NCBI GenBank assembly: GCA_019828565.1
Contig: JAHDYR010000025.1
Coordinates: 960,509 to 1,024,508, forward strand
Direction of reading: 5' to 3'
Source: Carpediemonas membranifera BICM
Lineage: Eukaryota > Protista > Fornicata
Length of the DNA: 64,000 bases
Part shown: piece by piece, positions 34,256-46,014 of the stretch
How the letters are laid out: each line of letters begins with the position of its first letter
How positions within the stretch are numbered: position 1 is the first letter of the stretch
Position numbers and translations under genes: made by a program
Notes under the pieces: generated by a model
Database searches by the model: none
Seen by the model: only the letters and a program-made list of their open reading frames with translations
What the model was told of the DNA's origin: nothing

Positions 34256-34485
34256 TATATAAACTGCACAATGACTCAGGGGTGCAGGGCAAATATGACC
34301 CAATCAATTGATCACCACAGCTGCCTCCTCTCCCGGTGGTTGATGACCCCCGACGATGATGACTGACTATCGAAATATCACTCTCAAGAAGAAGGAAGGG
34401 AGAACGGGAAGGGGTAATGAAGTATCATAGAGTGCACAGTGCAAGCAGTAAAGTAGGACTCTCAATCGTCTATAGCAGACTTCAC
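34256..34485. repeat. 230-bp dispersed intergenic repeat, copy 1
   Basis: Matches 49428..49657 with one mismatch seen. Confidence 0.9.
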
Positions 34486-34687
34486 TAGAACTGTGTGCAC
34501 TTTATGCTCCACTACACTTGTCAGATGTTTCAATGTAGCAATGTAGCCTGCCAAGCATTGTCCTGCTGCGGCATCGAAGTGTATCTATGAGTTACATTAC
34601 CGACTTTATTTTCGTTTCGCACTTCAATCGATCTTACGACGTTCCTGACGAACGCATGGTGCGAACTGCATAACAATCAAATATCGA

Positions 34688-35527
34688 ATGGAAGCAGGCG
34701 ATCCACGTAGCAGAGAGACGTATGAGACCTATATTAAGCGTCTCATCGATTCCTACATTTCCGAGCGACGCGAGTATCCCTTCATCCGCAACCCGAACCG
34801 TGAGAAAGGCATTCGCCGCCGGGAACGCCACAAGGAGGATGTCCCGTGGCATCCCTTCTGGGTTGGTTTCTTCAACCTCATCCCCGGCCTCGGTATTGCC
34901 ATCATGGGTCAGAAGCAGAGAGGCCTGCACTACTTTGGCTTCTGGCTCCTCCTAATTGTCACATGCATCGCCGCGAGCATCGCCCTCTCCATCCTGGGCT
35001 TCATCTTCGCGCTCACGATCATCCTCATCCCGCTCGCCGTGGTTTGCTGGATCGCTGCCTCGCTCGTTCTCTTCATACCTCTTGTAGATATGGGCATGAC
35101 CGCCGCAGACGGTGGGATTCTCGCCTCCAGGATCAGGAGGGGGTACTATGTCATGCCTGGGGAAGCCGCGTACGGAGCTGTCCGTTTATTCGGCGGCCAG
35201 TTCATCAAGCCGAGCTTCGTCTTCCACTCTGCATCGCCAGAGGTTCCTGAGATCTCCAGCGCGGTCAATAAGACGGCCAGGAGGCTCAGAGAGCTTGAGG
35301 TTAGACTGGAAAGACAGAGACAAGGCTACCAAGGCAACACGTCAGCTTACCTTGATGAGATCGAGAGAGAGCTTGACGAGGGCTCGCCCGCCCCTGTTGA
35401 TGTGCAGGCCGTACCGTCCGCTGCGCTCGACGCCCAGCCACAGCAGAAGGTCCACCCGATGGCCCAGAGCGCTGAGCCGCCCAGTGAGCCTGTACCAGCG
35501 GAGCCGACACCGAGTGGGCCGGCCTAG
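34688..35527 (+). CDS. Membrane protein with TM2-like motif, paralog 1
   Basis: FFNLIPGLGIAIMGQKQRG followed by long hydrophobic helices; tandem paralog downstream. Confidence 0.8.
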   Translation: MEAGDPRSRETYETYIKRLIDSYISERREYPFIRNPNREKGIRRRERHKEDVPWHPFWVGFFNLIPGLGIAIMGQKQRGLHYFGFWLLLIVTCIAASIALSILGFIFALTIILIPLAVVCWIAASLVLFIPLVDMGMTAADGGILASRIRRGYYVMPGEAAYGAVRLFGGQFIKPSFVFHSASPEVPEISSAVNKTARRLRELEVRLERQRQGYQGNTSAYLDEIERELDEGSPAPVDVQAVPSAALDAQPQQKVHPMAQSAEPPSEPVPAEPTPSGPA

Positions 35528-35633
35528 GTCAGTGTGGACGTTGTAAATGTGTTCTTGATGGCATTGTATCAATGAGGGTTTGATAATCATTGATGAAGAT
35601 GAAGATGCGGTTTGATGAACCGAGACAATCGGT

Positions 35634-35861
35634 CTGCCCTTCAGAGACGACCGGATCATACCAGACTTTTCGTTTAACGTCTTCCTCAGCGACCGTCAGC
35701 TGCTTTTCGCCGGCGAAGTTCCCGATCACATCGATCAGTCGGGCCTTCGGTATGGATACCGAGAGGACGACAACTGCCTTATAGCCACCCCGCTCCGGTT
35801 CCCAAATTGGGTCACAGGATGACTGAGCAGAGACAATTATGTACTCCGTGTGACCGAGGGC
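35634..35861 (+). pseudogene. Decayed RCC1-like family relic
   Basis: Translates to LPFRDDRIIPDFSFNVFLSDRQLLFAGEVPDHIDQSGL...CLIATPLRFP. Confidence 0.8.
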
Positions 35862-35970
35862 GAATTACATGCCATCGAGTAAACGCGTAAATACGCAGAG
35901 ACTGCTTCTTGCAACTACAGCACTGCAACGAAAGCCAGTGCGAACCATATGCAACACAACAAAGAAAGCA

Positions 35971-37053
35971 ATGGAGCCTGAAACTGAACAGCAGCCCAAT
36001 ACGATACCCATGGACAAGCAGGAAGCCCAGCCATCAGCTGAGACAGCAGAAAGAACAGAACAACTCGCAGAAGAAGAACCTGCCCGCATACCTGGCGTGG
36101 ACACCCAGCCACAACAGCCGAACGAGGTCACTACAGAGCGACAGGTACAGGCGGATATTCTCAACGCTCCCCTCGAGGGCATGAGCAAAGAGCGCACCAG
36201 ACAGACGTACGAGATCTACATCGATCGACTCATCGACTCCTACGTGTCCGAGGAGGGCCGCGACTACCCATTCATCCGAAACCCTGCCCGCGAGAAGGGG
36301 CTCCGTCGCCGCGAGCTACACGAGCCTGATATGCCCTGGCAGCCAGTCTGGGTCGGCCTCTGCAACCTCATCCCCGGCCTTGGCCTCGCAATCATGGGCC
36401 AGAAGCGCCGGGGTGCGCACTACTTTCTCTTTTGGCTCGGCCTGATTCTCGTTTGCTTGCTCGTCAGCCTCTTCCTTATCATCGTCGGCGCTCTCCTCAG
36501 TGTAACCATCATCTTCCTTCCCTTCACGATTGTGGCCTTCGTGCTTGCTTTCGCCGTCCTACTCGTACCCCTCGTGGACATGGTCCTCTGTGCCATTGAC
36601 GGTGGTAACATCGCGAGCAGGCTCCGTAGCGGCTACTACGTCATGCCCGGCGAGGCTTCGTACGGTTTCGTGCGCTACTTCGGCGGCCAGTTCATCAAGC
36701 CGAGCTTCGTATACAGCACAACCTCTTCGAAGGTGCCGGAGATTTCGGTGTCTGTGAACAAGACAGCGATCAAGCTTCGGCAGCTCAGCATTCGCCGCGA
36801 GTACGAGGAAAGGGACGAGATCGGGCTCAGAGCGAACCATAGAGGAAACACGTCCGCTTACCTTGATGAGATCGAGAGAGAGCTTGGCGAGGGCTCGCCC
36901 GCCCCTGTTGATGTGCAGGCCGTACCGTCCGCTGCGCTCGACGCCCAGCCACAGCGAGAGACTGGGATGGAGCCGGGCAAGACCCAGCCGACGGTCCAGG
37001 GCGAGGCACCACCCGCCCCGCAGACTGTGGAGCCGACCAGCGGGCCAGCTTGA
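35971..37053 (+). CDS. Membrane protein with TM2-like motif, paralog 2
   Basis: CNLIPGLGLAIMGQKRRG; collinear with paralog 1; ATG 35971 preferred over 35869. Confidence 0.8.
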   Translation: MEPETEQQPNTIPMDKQEAQPSAETAERTEQLAEEEPARIPGVDTQPQQPNEVTTERQVQADILNAPLEGMSKERTRQTYEIYIDRLIDSYVSEEGRDYPFIRNPAREKGLRRRELHEPDMPWQPVWVGLCNLIPGLGLAIMGQKRRGAHYFLFWLGLILVCLLVSLFLIIVGALLSVTIIFLPFTIVAFVLAFAVLLVPLVDMVLCAIDGGNIASRLRSGYYVMPGEASYGFVRYFGGQFIKPSFVYSTTSSKVPEISVSVNKTAIKLRQLSIRREYEERDEIGLRANHRGNTSAYLDEIERELGEGSPAPVDVQAVPSAALDAQPQRETGMEPGKTQPTVQGEAPPAPQTVEPTSGPA

Positions 37054-37102
37054 GCGAGTGATAAATGATTGAGAGACTTGGGGTGGGGTTGGCTGTCACT
37101 AT

Positions 37103-38701
37103 TTATGAACCATACGGGTCGATGTCGACGGGAATGATGTCTTCCCACGACTCGGGCGTCTCGCACTCGACTGGCTCAGCGCCAGCCTCGGATACCCTGA
37201 ACAACTGGCCAGTAGCGTCGCGGAATGAGCTGAAGGCTTCATCTTCTTGAGTTGTGATACCAACTGCCGTCGCCTCAAAAGGCACGCTGTACTGGTTTTC
37301 TCCGTCGCATAGATGAGTGCGGCCCTCAGTGACCCAGATAAGATCATAGTCACAAAAGAATCCCTTGACTCTCTCTGGGAACCGGAGCTGGGTGGCTGTG
37401 AGGCACTTGTCGCCCTCGCTGTACCCAGGCAGCAGGCCCGACTGGGCGATAGGACGGGGAACTTCGCCGGCGAACAGCAGCTGGCGGCCGCTGAGGAAGA
37501 CGTTGAAGAATAATTCAAAGGCTATGATCCGGTCGACCCTGAATGGAAGCTCCTCGAAGCCGGTCATCTCGTTCACATGCCCGAGTCCCAGCCGGCCATT
37601 CTCGTTCCATCCGCCGATCACCTGCCGATCGCCCATTGACAGGATAACAGTGTAGAATGAATCCACGATGTGATCTGCGACAAAGCCAGTGGGTACGGCG
37701 ACTGGGTGGAAGAGGTGCCTGTTCTCGTCCTCGACTGTGCCGACAAACGCTTTCGCATCCGCACCAGCCATGACAGTGCCGACCGGAGTGAAGATGAACG
37801 TTCGAGCTCTTATCAGCGACACATCGGTCACCATCCTGTGCTTCTCCCAGGGGGGCAGGCTGGCCTCGAGCTCGGCGACCTTGGGCAGGCGGGGAAGGTG
37901 AGGCGGGTCGTGTCGACGAACCCAGATGACTGGAACCCCAGCTCACCATTGTAGCAAGCGCCCCAGCCCCACAGACCCTTGGGCGTCCTGGCGACGTGGG
38001 TGATCCAGTTGCTGTAGACCTCGAGGGCCCTGTGCATCCTGGCCCTGGTGATAGTCAGTGTCGAGCATGAAGAGTCGGCCCATGTACATGCGGTGGTGGT
38101 AGCATCTGTCGGGCACAGGGCGCTGATAGCTCTCGCCGTCCTTCTCGGCGACGTTCAGCGAGAAGAAGAACTTGCGGCAGAGGAACCAGAGGCACTTGGC
38201 CTCGGGGGTGAGAGCCTTGCGGATTCTGTTATGCATCTCAATATCATCTGGCTCCTCCTCTCGTGCCTCCTCCAGCACCCTGTCCTCGAGGTCGGGGTTG
38301 GCCCCGCCGCCCAGCAGACACGCCCACACCGCGCCCTGGTTCAGCGTGTGCATGGCGACCGGGAGCTCCTCGCCGTCCGCGAGCTCGACGTTCATGGACA
38401 GCGGGGGGCCGCTGGTGAGGATCGAGCGGGCGCGGTCGAGGAGGGCTTGCGCGGATGGTTCGAGAGGGGGGAGCTTGGAGAGCGTGGCGAGGAGGGATTC
38501 GAGAGATGGGGCGCTCGTTGGTGTAACAGTGCTCTTGTTGTTGTGGATCGAGGGCATCTGCTCGCCGAAGTGCCTGGAGTAGGCGCATTGGATCAACGAG
38601 GGGATGTCCCCGGAGATGGAGGCCGTTGCGGTGAGCGAGGCGCGGAATACGGAGATAAGGGCATCTCTGATGGCCGATGGCGAGGAACTAGCGCTGCTCA
38701 T
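37103..38701 (-). pseudogene. RCC1-like family copy R8
   Basis: Full length with an 11-nt deletion near 38050 and a 1-nt deletion at 37883..37885. Confidence 0.87.
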
Positions 38702-38979
38702 CGCTTTCAGCGCTCAGTTCGGCGATGGCCAAATTCTGACTGCCGACTCGCCGACCACCAACGCCAGCTGCGGATCAGACGCGGTACCGTGAGTCACGAT
38801 TACAGCAGCTATACAAGCTGGATCCGGCACCCAAGCTGCAGAGGGGTCCCGCCCCACCGAGTCTCCCAATGCCCCGAAAGAACTGTGTTTCCCATAGAAG
38901 AAGTTCCCATCCTAGGGAGCCAACGATGCCGAGCTACCAACGCGTCACCATCGTTTTAACGAAATACAAAGACAAACTA

Positions 38980-40279
38980 TTACTCCTTCCTGAGTGTCAG
39001 CCTGGTCACCTCCTCGCCAAGCATCTCCACATTGTCCTGCAGCGCGATGTTCTGCAGCATGACATCCTCCAGCACCTTCCTCAGTGTCTCCACCTCCTCC
39101 TGTGCCGCGGGGTCGACCCCCTTGGAACCACTGCTGACGACGGACAGAGGGTTGGGTACTAATCTTCTGATTACGTTCTTCCGATCGCCGCGGGGGGTGC
39201 CGGACAAAGTGCTCGCGGGCGAGAGGAAGCCGCTGTCTTGTGGGGCGACGCCGTCATGCGTGATGTACCATTGCAGGAGGCGATCCTTCTTCTCCAATTC
39301 CATCAGAAGAACATCCTCGGTAGCGGCCTCGCCTGTGGTCTTCCGCATGCGCTCCGGGTCGAGTAAAAGCTTCTCGAGCCGCTCGCGGGAGTCTATCCCA
39401 GCTTTGATGTCCTCTTTCGCAGTTTTAAGCTCGGATTCGAGGTCACGGATGGTACGCCTGAGCGAGTCCTCTCTTGTCGACTGGGCAATTAGCTGGCGCT
39501 TCATTTGAGTCAGCTGCACGTTTGCCGTATCCGATGCGCCCTCAGCCCTGGCGCTGCGTGACTCTAGGTCGGCAGACACCAGCTTGAGCGCATCGAGCTC
39601 AGCCGTTCGCCGTTCGAGCTGGGTCCTTGCCTCGGAAAGCTCAGTCTCAGCCCCAGCCAAGTCAGCGGACAACTCCTCGATCCTCTTAGCGGCCTGGGCG
39701 TTCCTCTCCGTGACTTCTTGGAGCTCTGCCTGGGTCGTCTCGAGCAGAGGCTTGAGCTCGCCTACTGTCCGTCGAGATTCTTCAAGCTCGGTGTTCAGAG
39801 CTGCTATGGTCTGCCTGCCGCTGTCTGCGTCACCCTGGGTGGCCCTGAACATCGACTTCAGTTTTTCCATCTCGGTCATCTTGGCCTCTAGCATCTCATC
39901 TCTGAGAGATGCTTCGCCTTCAAGCCGGGATACGGTTGTTTCCATCTCTCGCATGTCCTGCATGACGGACTGCTTCGCCTGGTCCGACTCCGAGGCCCGT
40001 TCTCTCGCTTGTTCCAAGAGTGTCGTCGCTTGTGCAGACTGCGCTTTGATTGCGCTCAGCGCTTGGTTCAGGCGCCTGTTTTCTTCCTTCTGGATCCGAA
40101 GCTCAGTCTGAATGTTCTCGTTCTTTGCCTTTTGGTTCGTGAGGGCGGTCGCCTTTTCCTTGAGCTGGATGGTCAGCTTGTTGACCTCGTTATCAAGCCG
40201 CATGATCTGTGGTAAGCATACAGGGGTGGATACACACTTGCTTGGCCTGTTTGGCCATGTCTATCGGGGAATCACCCAT
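38980..40279 (-). CDS. Long coiled-coil protein with a predicted 31-nt intron (40207..40237)
   Basis: Heptad-rich 407-aa ORF; removing GTGTGT...CTTACCACAG joins MGDSPIDMAKQAKQ in frame to IMRLDN. Confidence 0.75.
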
Positions 40280-40480
40280 CTATTGCTCTAAAGCCTCGTT
40301 AATGACCTCGTGTTGAGGGCTGTTATGTTCGCCCTGGCCGAAATGTAAATCGGAGAAACGACCCAAAACACCATTGGGCGGGCTATCGACCACTAATCAC
40401 ATGCTTATGTGGTGCTATCCCATTAGATTTGCCGCCCGGGAATTTTGACTTGGTTCGGCAGTCATGCACATCAAGACGGG

Positions 40481-41077
40481 ATGCGGAGACCCGCGAAAAT
40501 CCCAATCACCGTCACAACGGATGGGTTCGATTTTGTGGACCCAGAGGGTTCGAAACGAGCGTTTCAGTTCGTCAAGGACTTGAATGAGGCGCTAGAGAAT
40601 GAAAAGTGCGAATATCGGACGTTTGAAGGCTTCCCTGAGATACCTGCACTCATCATGGTACATGGTGCACAGCCATACTTCTCAGAAGATGCCCCGTATG
40701 AGGAAAACGAGGATGCTGTTGACGAATTCATCGTTCGTTCCGAGAATTTCGTGCCATGCGACGAATTCAGCTCCGACTACGGCTCCGATACCGACACAGC
40801 AGGCTCCCTACACTCCATCCACTCCCCAATAGTAGTCCAACAACAGCTTCGAGCCGTTCTCCAGCGCCCCGACCCAGTCCTCCACTCCCGGCCCTACGGA
40901 TCCATAGAATCGCCCAAGTCGATGGCCCGGTACGTGGTCACGGGCAGGGCAATCACTAGCAGTCTGCCACAGCGAAGGAGGTCGACGATTAGGTCGCAGT
41001 CAAGACCTAGGCCGTCGCTGGCGAAGTCGGCAAGTGGTATAGAAGGTCTCACCGTTGTCGGGACTCAGATCAGGTGA
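40481..41077 (+). CDS. Hypothetical protein
   Basis: About 200-aa ORF filling the intergenic space; no recognised motif. Confidence 0.55.
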   Translation: MRRPAKIPITVTTDGFDFVDPEGSKRAFQFVKDLNEALENEKCEYRTFEGFPEIPALIMVHGAQPYFSEDAPYEENEDAVDEFIVRSENFVPCDEFSSDYGSDTDTAGSLHSIHSPIVVQQQLRAVLQRPDPVLHSRPYGSIESPKSMARYVVTGRAITSSLPQRRRSTIRSQSRPRPSLAKSASGIEGLTVVGTQIR

Positions 41078-41098
41078 CACTGAGATTAACTGAAGGCT

Positions 41099-42058
41099 GT
41101 GGGTGCGATCCACGCACAGTTTAGAGATACATATTACATGTTATGGTGCAGGCTTTGGAACGTAATAATAAACGCTCCGGCGAGAACGATGACGCAGGTT
41201 GAATACTCGTCACAGCTGGATTATAGCAATATGAATCCGAATGAGGCGCGCAATGATCTTATTCGGCGCACGAATGAAGTCCGCAAGGAATCCGAGGAGC
41301 TAAGGAACGACGTGGAAGCCGCTGCCAACACAATATTGCCCTATTCGCTTCCGCAAGTGCTGAAAAACATTGCAGTTGCTGGATTAATCGCTAGCGACAG
41401 CGATAGAGGCTTCACCGCCGACCTGACCAAACTTGCGCGCGTTTCCTGGGTGCACTTCCCGCCCCGCCCCGTTTCTCTCCTGGGGGAAGGCCTGGCCACA
41501 ACCACCGTAGCCGCAGACAAGCCTGACACTCCCGCTGCACCACGCAACACTTCACAGAAACGAAAGAGTGCCGACGCCCAGTCCCGCGTTCACGTCAACA
41601 CAGTTGCTGTGGACAGTGACAACAGACGCCAAGAGGAGGTCCGCCAAGCCGCCCAGACGAACCAACTGACATCCCTAAAGAAGGACTATGTGCCCTGGGA
41701 CTTGGCTGTCGTTGACCCACTATCGTTTAGCCAGACCGTGGAGAACATATTCGACGTATCCCATTTAGTCCGGAAAGGACTCGCCCGCATCGTAGTTTCT
41801 GATGATAGGGAGCTTATCGAGTCGGTTTTCCGCGAAGTTGGCCATCCCTGGCGGTTTGACGGGCAGCCGGTCTCTCTGGTCAAGTTGAAGTGCGTACCTG
41901 GTCGCCCACAAGCGCAGGCTAGAGGGAGGTGTATTGCACCGCGCCATGTTAGCGCCAAGGCGATTCAGAAATCAATTGAGCGGTTTGGGATCACACACTG
42001 CTTGAGCGGACATCGGGTGTATGACGACCTGCTGAAGAACCTGACTGCGACTGAGTAG
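41099..42058 (+). CDS. NSE4: Nse4/EID-family kleisin of the SMC5/6 complex (start uncertain)
   Basis: Nse4 C-terminal signature DPLSFSQTVENIFDVSHLVRKGLARI. Confidence 0.75.
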   Translation: MGAIHAQFRDTYYMLWCRLWNVIINAPARTMTQVEYSSQLDYSNMNPNEARNDLIRRTNEVRKESEELRNDVEAAANTILPYSLPQVLKNIAVAGLIASDSDRGFTADLTKLARVSWVHFPPRPVSLLGEGLATTTVAADKPDTPAAPRNTSQKRKSADAQSRVHVNTVAVDSDNRRQEEVRQAAQTNQLTSLKKDYVPWDLAVVDPLSFSQTVENIFDVSHLVRKGLARIVVSDDRELIESVFREVGHPWRFDGQPVSLVKLKCVPGRPQAQARGRCIAPRHVSAKAIQKSIERFGITHCLSGHRVYDDLLKNLTATE

Positions 42059-42335
42059 ACTGAGTCGGTAATCAGACAGTAATCATAAATGATGAGAGGT
42101 TGTTGCTGACGTGGGACGGGGAAGATGGAATGATGTGGCGAAGCTGGCAGAGGTTGAGCGAGGGCTGCCGGCCATGAGAGTTTCTTCATGGTGCTGCGAG
42201 AAGGCATGCCGACCCCGGCTAGATAGATCAACTTCGAATCAGATTGATCGAGGCAGAACAGAGGAAGTTCCAAGCCGAGACGAAATGGACGCAGTTTCCA
42301 AAGAGATGCTTGAATGGAAAACAACTGAGAGCTAC

Positions 42336-43052
42336 ATGGTCAAGCTCCACATTGCGCATAACTATATCTCCGGTGTCTTTATGGAGCAGCGTTTCCACCC
42401 CGAATGGACCGTGGAGAAGGTCAAGGACCAGGTGTACCTGCGCACGGGCACGGAGCCCGCGTTCCAGGTGCTCACGCTGCAGGACGCCAGCGGAAAGACC
42501 ATCTGCACGCTTGACAACGACGCCGCGACGCTCGCCTCGCTCGGCGCCCAGGACGGCTTCACGCTGCACTGCCAGGACACGAACCCCAACTCGCTGGCCA
42601 AGAACGGCGGCTTCGAGGACCTCAGCCAGGTCGAGAAGTACGAGATCTCCGACGAGGCGTACGAGGCGAGAGACAACTCGTACCGCGCCTGGAAGAAGAA
42701 GCTCGAGCGCGAGGAGCCTAACCACCCTTGGCTCGTCAAGATCCGCAACATGAAAGAGAACAAGACCGACGAGGAAGAAGCCAAGCACGTCCACGTCGGC
42801 GACCGTGTCGAGGTCCTTGGTGGCCGCCGCGGTACCGTCCGCTTCGTCGGCGTCGTGCCCGAGATCAAGTCTGGCTGGTGGGTTGGCATCGAGTACGACG
42901 AGCCCAGCGGCAAGCACGACGGCGTGGTCAAGGGCAAGCGCTACTTCGACGCGGCCCCCATGTGCGGCGGCTTCATGCGGCCCAGCGCAGTCAAGGTGGG
43001 TGACTTCCCCCCTCTCGGCCTCGACGACCTCGAGGACGACGACGAGTTGTAA
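42336..43052 (+). CDS. TBCB: Tubulin-folding cofactor B
   Basis: Ubiquitin-like N-domain, EDLSQVEKYEISDEAY, CAP-Gly GIEYDEPSGKHDGVVKGKRYF; start may be up to about 50 nt upstream. Confidence 0.93.
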   Translation: MVKLHIAHNYISGVFMEQRFHPEWTVEKVKDQVYLRTGTEPAFQVLTLQDASGKTICTLDNDAATLASLGAQDGFTLHCQDTNPNSLAKNGGFEDLSQVEKYEISDEAYEARDNSYRAWKKKLEREEPNHPWLVKIRNMKENKTDEEEAKHVHVGDRVEVLGGRRGTVRFVGVVPEIKSGWWVGIEYDEPSGKHDGVVKGKRYFDAAPMCGGFMRPSAVKVGDFPPLGLDDLEDDDEL

Positions 43053-43508
43053 ATAGTAGTAACCGACAGTGCCTGTGCTACTGTGGGCCGGCACTGACTG
43101 TCGCTGAGTCGCTGAAATTAACGACGAGCATGCTCACGTCTGTGCTCTCGATCAGGGGAACGTACAAGCTGGATCGACTGCTGTAATGGTTGGTTTGTTG
43201 GTGCGTCACAAATCCTGTTGACTTCACAGCTGGCGTCGCCAGTCCCCGAGTCAGTGTGTCTCTGTCGCCACCAATCTCAACCTTTACGTGAGCAATCATC
43301 ACACTTGTTAACCACCCGAGCAACAGGCTAACTGACCACATCTACATACACAGCAAGGAAGCATGTAGGCCGGCACGTCCGACTGACTCAAGTCCACAGC
43401 CAGAGCGACACCACTGTGTCACCGGGAGGAGGAGACGACACATCAAACATCAAACTCTGACTCGGGTCCACGGTCTGGGCGACCGCGGTGTCAGCGGGAG
43501 GGGGGATA

Positions 43509-45974
43509 TTAGTAGGAGCGGTCACCCGCGCCGGCTAAGGCGTTGTAGACCCGGCAGTTGCCCTCAGCAAGGGCGACGGCGATGTCAAACTTGAGCCGGT
43601 GGATGTCCCAGCGACTCGGGGACTGCGGGTCATAGCGAGACTTGGAGCCCGCCATAGCCGCGATCTCCTTGAGGAAGTCGAGTGACTTGCGAAGCCATCA
43701 GCACCCAATGCAAACGGACGCACATCAGGGTTGTTGGCCTTCGCATACTTCCAGATCTTGTGTTTCTCAGCGCCCTGCTGGTTGTTGGGCACCGCAGAGA
43801 CCACCACGTCCACGGCGCACTCTTTTCCCTCTCTTCCAGCACGGAACTTCACGTCCGGGCGCACTTCCTCCTTCGAGTCCTCTTCACCGGCTTCTATCAA
43901 CTTCTCTTCCACTCTCACGTCCGCGAACCCCGCTAGCTTCAGGTGCCAGGCGATGACCGCCTTAACTGTGTCGTGGCGGGCGATGACTAGGTCCCAAGCT
44001 CCCTTGCAGCAGAGATGGTGGTACTCCTGACCGCCTGCGGCAACCCTGCAACCAAACTTGCAAGCCTGATTCGGCGGGAGGGCACCCATCAAGGCCGCCA
44101 GCTGGAGGCGAAGGGCGGAGTCCGAGATTTCGTTGAGAACGGGCCTGTATTCGGTGATCAGGTATCTTGCCACGTTGTTACACTCCTCCCGCTCCTCCTC
44201 CGGACCTTCCAGCGACATCCTCAGGGACCGCTGCAGCTTGCCCTTCTTCGCTTCCTTCTTTGCTTCCGCCTCGTTATCAGGCCACTCAGCCGGGAAAGTG
44301 GCCGGATCACTCAACGGCATCTGAGGCCGAAGATCCATCATGGGCCTCATGACGCTTCTCTCACATCCCTCCCCCATGCCATCGTGGGTCATCTGCGCCT
44401 GGATGGTAGCAGCCACATACCCGGTGAGGTTGTCCTTCACCAGGTCCGGGATCCTCAGCCCGTTGTTCCTTATCGGCTCCCGCGCCTGCACCGGCAGCGT
44501 ATCCTCGCCCAGGACCGCAGCGAAGACATCCTCCAGGCTCTCCTGCATGCGCGGGAGCAGACCCCGGATCAGCACCGGCTCGATGGTCTGCATGATGTAG
44601 TTGAGAGAGCCGCAGAGGCACATACGCGCCATAACCAACACATGCCTTACTGCCACCGGCGAGAAGTTATCCCTCGCTGTTTCCGCGAGGATGCGGGCCT
44701 TGGTGTCCACTTCGACCAGCCGGCCCAGTAGGTATTGGCGAACCTCGTCGTCGCGTCCGATCGGGATCTTCGCCGGGGCGATGCAGCCCGCCGGCGGGAC
44801 TCCGCACACCCTGAGGCCAGGGTCCGAGTCGTGGGCAACCGGCATGAGCACCACGGTCTTCCGCTCAACGAGGGTGATGCCAGCGGCCGCTCCCAAACGG
44901 GCGAGGTGCCTCTGGAACTCGTTGAAGGAGTGCCCGGTTTCCATCGTCTGCCCGTTAGTGATTTCCTCCAACGGCCCGGCCGCCCCGACATCGTAGAGGT
45001 AGGCAGACCACTCTTGGCGGTTGGGGCTCTTCGCCGCGGCCGCCAAGAGGACGGGTCCCGATCATGAAGATGAAGAGGGCGGGGCCCAGCGTGTCTCCCT
45101 GATGGACACCCGTCTTGCAGTCAACCGTGAAGGTGTCTGAAAAGAACACCTTAGACACGCCTTGATAGCACACCCTGAGGTAAGGAAGCAGCTCTGGAAT
45201 ATAGTGCTTCACCGCCACCTCGCGGCTCAGGGAGTTGAACGCGTTCTTGAAATCGAACGACGCCACGATCGACCCCCTCTTGTGGGCAGCCTTCAGCCGA
45301 AGGGCGTGAAGCTCGGCGGCGCCCTTCTGTCGGAAACCGAGCTGGCGGGAGCCAAGCACCTTCTGAATGGCATCGCCGTGCTTGACGATGAATGCGTTGG
45401 CAAGGAGCTTTTTCTGGGTTGACCCCATGGCTATAGGCCTCACCCCGCCGCCTGCCTTCGCGAAGGGGGTGCCCCTGGCGTTAAACAGCCACGACTCCCG
45501 GACAGCCCTGGCGCATGGCGAGTCGCCTGCCACAAGCGCATTGAGCAGGGCTGCCATCTCATCCAGGAAGACCGGGTCGCTGCAGCCATGGCGGTAAGGT
45601 GGAGGGCAGTGAAACCCTCACAGCCCGGCGAGGCGTCCTTGTGAAGGCGGCCCAGCGCCACCCTCACCTCGTCCGCGGTGAATGGAGTCGATTCAGCATG
45701 GGGGCACGCTCCCGAGTCAGCTTCCATGGCATGCTTGAGCTCAGCCATAATGTCTCCGGATGGGCTAGCATCTTCGGGGAAGAGCTCTTTCACCTTCTCC
45801 TGGACCTCCGCCCGCGAGATGTCGGCGATGTCCTACTGATTGGTAAGTGCCCTGTAGCCCTTGGCCACGCGGCCTTGGCACATGTGCCTAGCTGCCCGCT
45901 TGTCACGGGAAAAGGCCGGACTGGGCCTCACCAGCCTCTGAGCCAGCCTGGACGGACCGACTATTGGATAAGTT
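43509..45974 (-). mobile_element. 5'-truncated, degenerate CRE-like non-LTR retrotransposon (RT + restriction-like endonuclease)
   Basis: GGVRPIAMG, DFKNAFNS, GVHQGDTLGPALF, YLYD (decayed YLDD), CKFGC...H..C, RHD, RPD, KIWKY; several frameshifts; 3' UTR probably extends below 43509. Confidence 0.88.
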
Positions 45975-46014
45975 AGTCAGAATTTGGCCATCGCCGAACT
46001 GAGCGCTGAAAGCC

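Noticed and set aside
42228-43094. 288-aa antisense ORF over TBCB, and similar shadow ORFs over ldhA and the RCC1 copies
   Set aside because: Expected by-product of GC-rich codon bias on the coding strand.
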